From an uncultured candidate division Zixibacteria bacterium (lineage in GTDB: Bacteria > Zixibacteria > MSB-5A5 > GN15 > PGXB01), in NCBI GenBank assembly GCA_963702205.1, contig OY969724.1, forward strand, positions 1,280,001 to 1,344,000: a DNA stretch of 64,000 nt, read 5' to 3'. Positions 9,592-18,943 of the stretch are shown here, in pieces (position 1 is the first letter of the stretch; each line of letters begins with the position of its first letter). Below the pieces are notes generated by a model, which saw nothing but the letters and a program-made list of their open reading frames with translations, had not been told where the DNA came from and searched no databases. Made by a program: the position numbers and the translations under genes.

Positions 9592-10062
9592 TCACCGCCT
9601 GAGCGTCGCCTTCAACCGGTTTGAATTCAAAATCATATCGAAAGCATCAATCGGGCTCTGCACCAAGATATCCGAGGCCTTGAGCGCCTCGACCGAACAC
9701 CCCTCGTCGGTACAAATGCAAATCCCGATCGCAGCTTCATCGAGCATACGCGCGTCATTGTTGCCGTTGCCGACCGCGAGACATTTATCAGCCCCGAGCA
9801 TTCTTATATAATCCCGCTTTTTGGCGGTGTGCTGATCGCCCGACAAGATTTCCACGGTGGCGTCGATATTTTTAAGCGCCTCGGCGGCTCGGCCGTGCGT
9901 GTCGGCGGTGAGGACGTGAATTTCCAGAAACGATCCGATACTTTTCAGCCGCTCGGCGACACCGTCGATAAGTACCCCATCGACCGACAGCGTCCCGGAA
10001 AAATCAAGCACCAGGTGCTCGATTTTTATCGCCCCGAATTCAGGTATATCCAGCTTGAGCAT
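9592..10062 (-). CDS. HAD-family hydrolase (soluble P-type ATPase-like)
   Basis: LVLDFSGTLSVDG, LTADTHG, AVGNGNND motifs. Confidence 0.88.
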   Translation of the reverse strand: MLKLDIPEFGAIKIEHLVLDFSGTLSVDGVLIDGVAERLKSIGSFLEIHVLTADTHGRAAEALKNIDATVEILSGDQHTAKKRDYIRMLGADKCLAVGNGNNDARMLDEAAIGICICTDEGCSVEALKASDILVQSPIDAFDMILNSNRLKATLRR

Positions 10063-11030
10063 GAATGGAATTTACGAAGTTGCAATAGCTTAAGTCAATA
10101 AATTTGAGTTTCAGCCGAGATTCAGCAAGTGGAAATCCTTTGACTATAAAGTAGCTTATAAGTATATAGATCCTATGATGTAAGATAGAAAAAGAACTAT
10201 TCCCGAACTTGATTATTTAGTCAATATGTCTGACAAGGATCAAATTGAGATAATTGTTATATAGTAACTAGTTACTAAGTCATTATGGGATGTATAAAAG
10301 TAATGTAAACTAGTTTGTTCACTTATTATCAATGTAATTATGCCGATACGAAATACCAAAAATACTAATCGTATTTTACTTTTTTGGGGCTTATTAGCTC
10401 TTATATTTGGTACGAGAGTTGACGCATTTGTATTTCCCAAGTCGAACATAACTTATCCGGAGACTGAAACCGATTCAATGCGTATCCATAATAAGGATAT
10501 GGCAATTATCTTTACTGAGAGATTAATAAGTGCATATAAATATATAATTGATAGGAATATCAATAAATCGTTTATCGATAGTTTTTACCTTTATCAAAAT
10601 AAAGGGATTGACGCGTACATAGTAATTTCCGATACGGATGAAGTTTTTATTAACTTAACTCCTTGTGATTCGAATAAAGTAAATATTGTCTTTACGGAAT
10701 TACCGGCTCAATTTGAAATTCTGGCAAGAAAAAATAGATATGAAAAGGGCTTTAGCCTAAATGTACCCTATAGTCAAGCATTGGATTATTACAATAATGC
10801 AATTGGCGCATATGGATTAGATGTAGATGGCATATTTATAATTGAAGATTTCCATGTTTCATCGGCTTATCCCAAAATTGTGGATTTCGGTAAAAAGATG
10901 GTTACTATTTTGTGGGGTGGCACTTTCAATTTTAAATATAAGGAAGATAATATTGATAAAGTGAATAGTGTTGATCTTACAGGGATAAATATACTTTTTC
11001 ATGACAATAACTTTAGATGGATCATGAATA

Positions 11031-12348
11031 GGGAGTGTACGGAATTTTGTGTAAGCGGCCGGTTCATGTGTTTTCGATCCTTCCCTCGAAGACGATGCAG
11101 AAGTGATTAAGGGCCGCCACCCAGTCCTTGATCGGACGCTTCCATTTTTTCGAGATTCTTTGTATCGCCAGGTAGATCACCTTTCTGACTGATTCCACCG
11201 TCGGGAACGAGCCGCGATTCCGCGTCACCTTGCGCAACTGAGCATTCATCGACTCGATGGCGTTGGTCGTATAGATAACCTTTCGAATCTCTTTGGGGTA
11301 GCTAAAAAACGGGATGATGTTCATCCAGCAGGACCGCCATGAGCGGGCGATCTGCGGGAAACGGTCCCGGTATGTGGCCTCGAACGCCGTCAGGGCCTGC
11401 TCGGCGGCTTCTTCGTTGGGCGCCGAGTAGATCGTCTTGAGATCGGCCGCGACCGCCTTGCGCTCTTTCCAACCGACATACTTCAGCGAGTTGCGCACCA
11501 TGTGCACGAGACATAACTGCACCTGGGTCTGCGGAAAGGCCGTCTCAATCGCATCAGGGAACCCCGTCAGACCATCGACACAGGCAATCAGGATGTCCCG
11601 AACGCCCCGGTTCTTAAGCTCCGTCAGCACCGACAGCCAGAACTTCGAACCCTCCTGATCGCCGACCCACAAACCCAAGAGTTCCTTGTAACCCTCCGGC
11701 GTGATCCCCAAGGCCAAATAGACCGCCTGGTTTTTGACCTGGCCGCTCTGACGAAGCTTCAGGTGGATGGCGTCCAGATAGACGATCGGGTAGACCGCCT
11801 CCAGCGGCCGACTCTGCCACACCGTCACCTCCTGAAGCACGGCGTCCGTCACCGCCGAAATCAAGGCCGGGGAAACCTCCGACTGGTACATCTCCTCAAG
11901 ATGACCCTGGATATCCCGCGTCGTCAAACCCCGAGCGTACAGCGCCAACACCTTGTCGTCGAAACCGGGCAGGCGCCGCTGGTGCTTTTTAACCAACTGC
12001 GGCTCGAACTCGCCGTTCCGGTCCCGCGGAATCTCCAGCGTAACATCTGCCGACCCGGTCTTGACCGTCTTGCTGGTTTTGCCGTTGCGAGAGTTGCCGC
12101 TGTTTTTGCCTTCGGGAGCATTGGGCGGATAGCCCAAGTGATGCGTCATCTCACCTGCGAGGGCGCGCTCATACACCCGTTTCGTGAGCGCCTGCAGAAG
12201 ACCGCCCTCACCCACTATCTCTTCCGGCGTCTTGCCGGCGATCATCTCGTCGATCAGTTTGTCAGCTTCGTCACGTTTCTTGGCCATGATATACCTCCTT
12301 CAACTATATATACGTCATGGCCACTTACACAAAAATATTTACACGCGC
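11031..12348 (-). mobile_element. IS256-family insertion sequence, copy 1 (1318 bp)
   Basis: Imperfect terminal inverted repeats GGGAGTGTACGGAATTTTGTGTAAG / CTTACACAAAAATATTTACACGCGC; 8-bp TSD CATGAATA at 11023-11030 and 12349-12356. Confidence 0.96.
11064..12287 (-). CDS. IS256-family DDE transposase
   Basis: NSRNG, PRDRNGEFEP, YPIVYLDA, CVDGLTG, QLCLVH, YTTNAIES motifs. Confidence 0.97.
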   Translation of the reverse strand: MAKKRDEADKLIDEMIAGKTPEEIVGEGGLLQALTKRVYERALAGEMTHHLGYPPNAPEGKNSGNSRNGKTSKTVKTGSADVTLEIPRDRNGEFEPQLVKKHQRRLPGFDDKVLALYARGLTTRDIQGHLEEMYQSEVSPALISAVTDAVLQEVTVWQSRPLEAVYPIVYLDAIHLKLRQSGQVKNQAVYLALGITPEGYKELLGLWVGDQEGSKFWLSVLTELKNRGVRDILIACVDGLTGFPDAIETAFPQTQVQLCLVHMVRNSLKYVGWKERKAVAADLKTIYSAPNEEAAEQALTAFEATYRDRFPQIARSWRSCWMNIIPFFSYPKEIRKVIYTTNAIESMNAQLRKVTRNRGSFPTVESVRKVIYLAIQRISKKWKRPIKDWVAALNHFCIVFEGRIENT

Positions 12349-13275
12349 CATGAATATTGCGACGGATGTAGGTGATAAAGTGGCCACATATGAAATAAAT
12401 AAATTCATTGCAAAATCAAGCATATATAAACAAGCAATGTCTTATCCCAATCTTAATGACGACGCCATAAAGAAAGCCATAGCCTATGAAGAAATGAGCC
12501 CTATTGTAAAATATATAAATAGGCGTCAAATGTCTGGTAATCCAATGCCATTTTGGGAATATGAATTGAAAGTTGAGGAACTTAAGAATATTTCATGTTC
12601 GTACGGTATAAATGATACCGCATATCCAACGAATGTGCTCAACGATATTTCATTTCAATGTTGTGCTGGAACGCTTTTATGGTCATATGAAGAATGCTCT
12701 GGCTTTGTTAGTCAATGGAGCTACATAAATGCCTTTTTCTTGATTATATTAGTTATTGCATTAATTATATTAGTATTTTCACCAAGCGTTTTATCCCAAT
12801 TTTGGTTCTATATTCTTAAAGGAATTCCGGCCGTATTACTCATATCAAATGGCTGGGTATATTCCAGGATGCCGGAAGTGATGGGAATAAAGTATTGGAT
12901 AGTGCCTGGAACCTTATTTATTTTTTGCATAATTCTTGCCATTTTTATTTTAGTGAAGCGCGATAGTCATCACAATAATCAATTTGGGTCCGGAGCACCT
13001 CGTACTGAGTAGTAACCGTATCATATTAATGTTAAATTTGCTCGTCCCCTATATATAGGAGGCCTATAATTATGTCCGACCCATGCGTTTCTGGAAGGAA
13101 ATTTGGGATGATATTTGGGAGAGAATTTAAAAAAATGTACGACCAAAGCCAATTTGCTGTAAGACCATAAATGGCACTTAATTAACTGTGCCAAAACCCG
13201 CCAAATTAGACTGAAATTAGGGGTGTGAAATACAAACTTGGTAGTGAAATTGTACCGGCCGTTTAGCCGAAGAAT

Positions 13276-13301
13276 CCCACCACTAAAGTGGTGGGGCACC
13301 C
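13276..13301 (+). repeat. REP-like palindrome (CCCAC...GTGGG-CACCC family)
   Basis: CCCACCAC-TAAA-GTGGTGGGGCACCC; related copy at 17659-17682. Confidence 0.6.
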
Positions 13302-13339
13302 AGATGATACATTCGTGCCCGTGCCATATTGCATAAACG

Positions 13340-13373
13340 AAAAGCCGCGGTGGGCAATACCGTCGCGGCTTTT
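13340..13373. terminator. Probable bidirectional intrinsic terminator
   Basis: AAAAGCCGCG...CGCGGCTTTT stem with A/T tails, between convergent genes. Confidence 0.65.
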
Positions 13374-13396
13374 CTATGGGGAGGTGTTATGAAAAT

Positions 13397-15067
13397 CTAT
13401 CTTAGCGTGCCGACATACTGCGTCGTCAACTGACGGTTCCGCACGCGCGGGTCGGTGTAATCCGGAAGAATCATCGGAGCCACCCGGTCACAATCCGGAA
13501 GCTCGGTGTCGATCTCTTTATTGTACTTAACGACGTGTTCCAGCGTCAAGGCACCGTCTTCGGCTTTGTCTTTGACGTACTGCGCCGCCGATGCGCCCGC
13601 AATGCGTCCGTAGACCATGATGTCGAGCAGGGAGTTGCCCATCAGGCGGTTTTCACCGTGAATGCCGCCGCCGACTTCGCCGCCGACAAACAGTCCCGGG
13701 ACACCGGTCTCGCCGGTGTTGCGGAATTCCAGTCCGCCGTTCTGATAGTGCAGCGTCGGGTAGATGAGCATCGGTTCTTTGGAGATGTCGATGCCGAACC
13801 GTTTATACAGGATGAATTTGCCGGGGAACTCGCGCTCGACGGTACCTTCACCCTGCAGCATGTCGATCATCGGCGAATCGAGCCAGATGCCGAGCTTGCC
13901 GGTCGGGGTCGGGACGCCCTTGGCCTTGACGACGCACTCTTTGATGATCGAGGCGGCTTCGACGTCGCGCGGTTCGCGTTCGTTGACAAACTGCTGGCCG
14001 TCGATGTTGACCAGGTTTGCACCCGAGCCACGGAATTTTTCCGTGATCAGAATGCCTTCGGCCTGTTCGGGGAAGACGATACCGGTCGGATGGTACTGCA
14101 CGGTGTGCAGGAAACAAACCGGAACTCCGGCGCGGTAACCCATGACGATACCGTCGGCGGTCGCACCGTAGTGGTTGGTGGTCATAAAGCCCTGTATGTG
14201 CAGACGGCCGCAGCCGCCGGTCGCCATGACGACCGCTTTGGCTTTGACGACAATGTACTCCTCGGTTTCGAGGTTATACAGCACCGCTCCGGCGCACTGG
14301 CCTTTATTGTTCAATATCAGTTCGACGGCCGGTGAAAATTCGATGACCTGTATGTCGTCGGGATAATTGCGGGCTTCGTCGCGAACCGTACGCATGATCT
14401 CGGCACCGGTAATGTCGGCCGCGAAGTGCATCCGCTTGCGCGAGGTGCCGCCGCCGTGGATAGTACGCATGCGTCCGTCGGCGTCTTTCGAGAAAGCGCA
14501 TCCCAGTGATTCCAGCCATTTGATGGCATCGGGAGCTTTGGTCACCAGCGTTTCGACCAGTTCGGGCGTGTTCTTGAAATGTCCGCCGCCCATGACGTCG
14601 AGGTAGTGGAAGTAAGGACTGTCTTTGTGGCCTTTGGACGCGGCCTGAATGCCGCCCTCGGCCATCATCGTGTTGGCGTCGCCATGACGGAGCTTGGTCG
14701 CGATAATCGCTTTGCATCCATTTTGCACGGCATAAATCGCCGCCGACGTGCCGGCACCACCGCCTCCGATAATGAGGACGTCGGTTTCATAGTCGATTTT
14801 GCTCAGGTCGATCTTGGCCGGATCGACTCGGCTTTTGGCTTCGAGCACGTCGGCCATTTCGTGGGCGATGCGGTAACCTTTGGACGGGCCGACTTTGAGC
14901 TCGCGGCGGCCTTCTTCTTTGACGTCGGGATGATACTGCAGCATCTCGGCACGCTGATCGAGATCGAGAAACGGGACTTCTTCATTCTTTTTCTTACGCT
15001 CGACGCGTTCCGCCCGGGTCGACTCGACAACTTTTATTAACTGCTTTAATTCTTCTGGATATGGCAT
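13397..15067 (-). CDS. Fumarate reductase/succinate dehydrogenase-family flavoprotein (TfrA-like, predicted non-covalent FAD)
   Basis: DVLIIGGGGAG, NTMMAEGG, QYHPTG, PRDV, HYQNGG, HGENRLMGNSL; start at MPYPEELK (ATG 15067). Confidence 0.88.
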   Translation of the reverse strand: MPYPEELKQLIKVVESTRAERVERKKKNEEVPFLDLDQRAEMLQYHPDVKEEGRRELKVGPSKGYRIAHEMADVLEAKSRVDPAKIDLSKIDYETDVLIIGGGGAGTSAAIYAVQNGCKAIIATKLRHGDANTMMAEGGIQAASKGHKDSPYFHYLDVMGGGHFKNTPELVETLVTKAPDAIKWLESLGCAFSKDADGRMRTIHGGGTSRKRMHFAADITGAEIMRTVRDEARNYPDDIQVIEFSPAVELILNNKGQCAGAVLYNLETEEYIVVKAKAVVMATGGCGRLHIQGFMTTNHYGATADGIVMGYRAGVPVCFLHTVQYHPTGIVFPEQAEGILITEKFRGSGANLVNIDGQQFVNEREPRDVEAASIIKECVVKAKGVPTPTGKLGIWLDSPMIDMLQGEGTVEREFPGKFILYKRFGIDISKEPMLIYPTLHYQNGGLEFRNTGETGVPGLFVGGEVGGGIHGENRLMGNSLLDIMVYGRIAGASAAQYVKDKAEDGALTLEHVVKYNKEIDTELPDCDRVAPMILPDYTDPRVRNRQLTTQYVGTLR

Positions 15068-15077
15068 GGCTAACCTC

Positions 15078-15842
15078 TTAGAGATATCTTGTGTCTTTGG
15101 GGGTCCAGTCGTCACCGGCGGTGGCGGGTTCCAGTTCGCGCTCCTGATAGGTCTTGCGAAGCGTCTCGGCATCCATGGCCTTTAGCTCACCGAGGCCCTC
15201 TTTGAAACGTCCGGCTTCGATATTGGCCACCATGGTCGCCAGGTGTTCGGCGCGCGGTGTCAAATACGCCCCGTTCAGGCGGCGGGCCAGCTGCGCGATG
15301 TGGTACTGCGGCATCTCCGCGAAACAGCGGCTGGCGCACAGACCGCACTGGATGCAATCGAACGAAATTTCGGCGGCCGCTTTGAGGTCACCGCGCTTGA
15401 GAGCCGCGACATAATCCATAACCTGCACGTCCATCGGACAGACTTTAGTGCAGGCGTTGCAGGCGACACAGCGGAAAAGCTCGGGGTACAGCTCGAAAAC
15501 TTCTTCCGGTCTGCCCTGAAGGTCTTCGAAATTGTACGTCGCCCGGATGGCCGGATAAAACGGCAGCTGCGTCAGGTACATGTTCGGTTCGACTACCGTC
15601 TGACAGGCGAGCCCGGTATAGATTTTGTAGTCGCCCGGTTTACGATAGACCGTACTGCAGGCTCCGCACACGCCGCCGCGACAGCCGCAACCCCGGATGT
15701 ATTTGTATCCGGCGTATTCGATGGCTTTCATGATCGTCAACGATTCGGGAACCTCGTACTTCTTGCCCATGACGAAAATGGGGATCATCTTGGCCGCGAC
15801 CTGGGGTTTGGTCTCGGTTGCGGCGTCTGTTGTAGAACTCAT
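15078..15842 (-). CDS. SdhB/FrdB-like iron-sulfur subunit ([2Fe-2S] + 2x[4Fe-4S])
   Basis: GCRGGVCGAC..C, CVACNACTKVCP, CIQCGLCASRC. Confidence 0.88.
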   Translation of the reverse strand: MSSTTDAATETKPQVAAKMIPIFVMGKKYEVPESLTIMKAIEYAGYKYIRGCGCRGGVCGACSTVYRKPGDYKIYTGLACQTVVEPNMYLTQLPFYPAIRATYNFEDLQGRPEEVFELYPELFRCVACNACTKVCPMDVQVMDYVAALKRGDLKAAAEISFDCIQCGLCASRCFAEMPQYHIAQLARRLNGAYLTPRAEHLATMVANIEAGRFKEGLGELKAMDAETLRKTYQERELEPATAGDDWTPKDTRYL

Positions 15843-15879
15843 TTTTCCTCGCACCTCTATATCAAATTATTTTTTTCGT

Positions 15880-16773
15880 TTACGCGGCCGATGCTTCTTT
15901 GATCAGCCCTTTTTCCTTCAAGATGTTCAAAGCACTGGCGCGGTTGAGATCGAAATGGCACGCCTTCATCGGCAATCCCAAAGCGACCGCCAGAAGCTGC
16001 GTGAAATAAAAGGCCGGCATGTCTTTCGCACCCTCGAACTTGCCGATCATCAGGTCCTGGCGTTTCCCGAGGTTGAAATCGCACAGGGGACAGGTCAGTG
16101 CCAGAACCTCGGCTCCGTTGGCCATCGCGTCGGTGATGATGTCGTGCGAAATCTTGAGGGTGACGTCCGGGGCACCGAGCACCTGATACGATCCGCAGCA
16201 CTGGGTCGCCATCGGGTAGTCGATCACTTCGGCACCGAGCGTTTCCATAAATTCGCGGAAGATGGTCGGACGGTCGACTTTATCGAGCGCAACCTCTTTC
16301 GGGCGAAGCAGCGTGCAGCCGTAGTACGGACCGACTTTGATGCCGTCGAGCGGTACCTTGACTTTTTCTTTGAGCTTGTCCCAGCCATACTCATCGCGAA
16401 GGAAGTCGAGCATGTGCACGACTTTGACCGAACCGTCATAGTCCGGTTCTTCGTCCATGAACATATTAAGCGTCTTGGCTTTTTCGGGATCATTCTTCAT
16501 GATGTCGTTGGCGCGGGCCAGCGTGTTGTAGCACATAGAGCACAAAGTCAAAAGCGTATCGTGCCCGGCCTCTTTGGCGCGGATCAGATCGCGCACCGGA
16601 GCGATAAGGTGGATCAGGTCGTCGTCGGCCAGCGAATAAACCGCACCGCAACAGTTCCAGCGGGGAAGTTCGACCGCTTCGACACCGAGCTCTTTCAGCG
16701 CCGCCAGAGCGGAATCTTCGAGATTGCGGGCCTTGGTTTTGAGCGTGCAACCGGGGTAGTATCCAATTTTCAT
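15880..16773 (-). CDS. hdrB: Heterodisulfide reductase subunit B-like (CCG domain) protein
   Basis: YYPGC, WNCCG, CSMC, YYGC.LLRP, QCCG, CPLC. Confidence 0.9.
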   Translation of the reverse strand: MKIGYYPGCTLKTKARNLEDSALAALKELGVEAVELPRWNCCGAVYSLADDDLIHLIAPVRDLIRAKEAGHDTLLTLCSMCYNTLARANDIMKNDPEKAKTLNMFMDEEPDYDGSVKVVHMLDFLRDEYGWDKLKEKVKVPLDGIKVGPYYGCTLLRPKEVALDKVDRPTIFREFMETLGAEVIDYPMATQCCGSYQVLGAPDVTLKISHDIITDAMANGAEVLALTCPLCDFNLGKRQDLMIGKFEGAKDMPAFYFTQLLAVALGLPMKACHFDLNRASALNILKEKGLIKEASAA

Positions 16774-16785
16774 AGCGGGTCTCCT

Positions 16786-17196
16786 TTACGATGTCATCTT
16801 GCGGAACCCGGAGACCATGGCGATCTGAGGCAGATCGATAATCTCTTCCGGCTGCAGGTTGGACGGTTCAATATGGTTGACGTTGGTCCGGAGCGAAAGC
16901 AGGCGGACGGCTTCCATGACACGGGGGATTTCTATCCCGCGCGGGCATCTGGCCTGGCAGACGTGACAGGAAGCGCAGATCCAGGCGGTGTTCGAATTCA
17001 TGACCTTTTCCGCCTGGCCCCATTGCAGCAGGGCCATCAACAGGCGGGGGGTGTGATCGAGATGTTCGATCATCGGGCACGAGCCGGAGCAGGTTCCGCA
17101 CTGCATGCATTGCTGGACTATCTCGCCGCTGATATCCCTGATTTTTTGCTTGAGTTTGTCGTCGATATTCTTTGGAGTAATTTCTCGCGACATCAC
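16786..17196 (-). CDS. hdrC: Heterodisulfide reductase subunit C-like ferredoxin
   Basis: CMQCGTCSGSCP and WICASCHVCQARCPRG. Confidence 0.88.
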   Translation of the reverse strand: MMSREITPKNIDDKLKQKIRDISGEIVQQCMQCGTCSGSCPMIEHLDHTPRLLMALLQWGQAEKVMNSNTAWICASCHVCQARCPRGIEIPRVMEAVRLLSLRTNVNHIEPSNLQPEEIIDLPQIAMVSGFRKMTS

Positions 17197-17261
17197 AACC
17201 TCGTTAAATTTATGTCAATATTTGTTTGCAAATTCATGTATTATACGCGTCGCAGGGCATA

Positions 17262-17354
17262 TTAGTGAAAAAATTCACTAAGCGGGTATTTTAACTTTAG
17301 TCAATATATATAATCGGGTTGAAATCATCAACCCTTTTGGGAAATTTTTCACAA
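17262..17354. promoter_or_regulatory. Two Rex-like operator palindromes upstream of hdrC
   Basis: TAGTGAA-AAAA-TTCACTA (17263-17280) and TTGGGAA-ATTT-TTCACAA (17337-17354) versus Rex consensus TTGTGAA-N4-TTCACAA. Confidence 0.65.
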
Positions 17355-17658
17355 AATAATTGAGAAATCCGGTTCAGTTTCGGAAAGTATTCCGGATGGC
17401 GTCAGCAAAGGATTTGCAGCCCCGCATAACTTGATCGGGAATTGGGTTTATTATTGATGTGCAAGCGGCGATACTCGAATAAAACCTGGCAGATGTGGAC
17501 ATCTACCGGTTGATTTCAATACCATTTTGAGTTTGCCAAATACGCAAAAAAAGTTATATATGTTTAAGGATAAAAATCGACAGAAATGGGGGTTCGCTGG
17601 ATTGTGTGATGATCAGAAAAAACTGTGTTTATTGATAGATGGAGTTGTGTTTAGGAAA

Positions 17659-17682
17659 CCCACCCTGAAGGGTGGGCCACCC
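17659..17682 (+). repeat. REP-like palindrome (CCCAC...GTGGG-CACCC family)
   Basis: CCCACCCT-GA-AGGGTGGGCCACCC immediately before the RHS fragment. Confidence 0.6.
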
Positions 17683-17699
17683 AGCCGGGTTCGGATTCC

Positions 17700-18943
17700 A
17701 TGTATTATGACGTTCTGGGTAATTTAATCGCCGATACGTCCCGGCCGATATTCTCGATGAATTATGAGTATCGCAATCTGATGAGCATAGCCAATCTTGA
17801 GCCGCTAATAGAAGGCAAACCCCGACCTTTTCTTACCAATTCATATGATGAATCATCGCGCAGGATTCGCAAACGGTATGATTATTATTACCAGACCGAA
17901 TGTGGTGGAATAGAACCGCTTGGCGGGATGATTACGATGGGCGGTATACCGATAGGGGGAGAAGATACTTGCATCGAATGGACCTGTTCTGAACAACATT
18001 ATCTCTATGACCGGGGACTTCTTCTGGCCGTGTTTGACCGCTATGACAACGTCGAGCAGTTTTATGTAAACGGTCCCGGTGGTCAGGTCGCAGTATACGA
18101 CAACAATAACGACGATAATTTGTATTACTTCCTCAAAGATCATCTGGGATCGACCCGGGCGATGATTGATAAAGACAATGAGGTCGTTCAATTCGTCAAC
18201 TATCAGCCTTATGGTGAGATTTTGGAATCCTGGTCGTCATACGATGAACCTTTGAAATTCACGTCCAAAGAGCGGGACAAATATTCCAGCTTCGACTATT
18301 ATTATTTTGGCTCCCGCTATTATGATCAGCGCATTGGACAATTCGCTTCGATCGACAAAGCCGGCCAATTCGCGGGCGGCTATCTCTACGGTGGTGCCAA
18401 CCCGCTGATTGGTATTGACCCTGATGGGAATTCGTTTGAATGGCTTAAGTCGGCCTATACTTGGATTAGGAATCAAATAAAAGAAAGCAAAATATATATC
18501 TCACTTCAAGGCATTCCTATTGGCAGTTTTAATGAAATACCCTCCCTGGAGTCTAATAATAGTGGCAAGACTCAACATGGTGCATTTCAGGATCTTAAGT
18601 CAGCATATGAGGTTGCGAGAACGATTCATGATATAAATAACAATCATCCCAATCTGGCTGATCCTGACTTATTTGCTTTGCAGCAAGGGTTTAATTGGTT
18701 TACTGGATTTGGACCGGAAAAAATCACTGTAAAAAATGCACCTCAATTTGAAATGGCTTTGCAGGAGACTCCATTTTGGAATATTATGACATCTAGAATC
18801 GAGGAACATATTAATAAATATGATAATGGCAGCGTTATCCCCGATTTAGATTTATTACAAAGGAATAACTTTGAATTTGGCCTTGATGAACTACAATCAT
18901 CACCAGGGTTGTTTAATCAGATTATTGGAAGTTGGAGTGAAGT
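17700..18943 (+). pseudogene. Orphan RHS-core fragment with variable C-terminal (putative toxin) domain, truncated by IS256
   Basis: YYFLKDHLGSTR, YQPYGE, KFTSKERD, YYFGSRYYD..IGQF, NPLIGIDPDG; AT-rich tip after DPDG; no N-terminal shell; reads into the IS at 18944. Confidence 0.88.

Larger units (their letters stand above)
10340..13012 (+). pseudogene. AT-rich hypothetical membrane protein (448 aa reconstructed) interrupted by IS256
   Basis: 10340-11030 joined to 12357-13012 is one open frame (..RWIMN|IATDVGDK..); N-terminal signal peptide and three C-terminal TM helices. Confidence 0.85.

Noticed and set aside
13021..13299. 92-aa minus ORF and a 32-codon plus ORF (13072-13170) with GGAGG
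   Set aside because: No recognisable features; cannot be supported without homology or expression data.
15697..17265. 522-aa plus-strand ORF
   Set aside because: Antisense shadow of hdrC/hdrB/FeS genes; no recognisable motifs.
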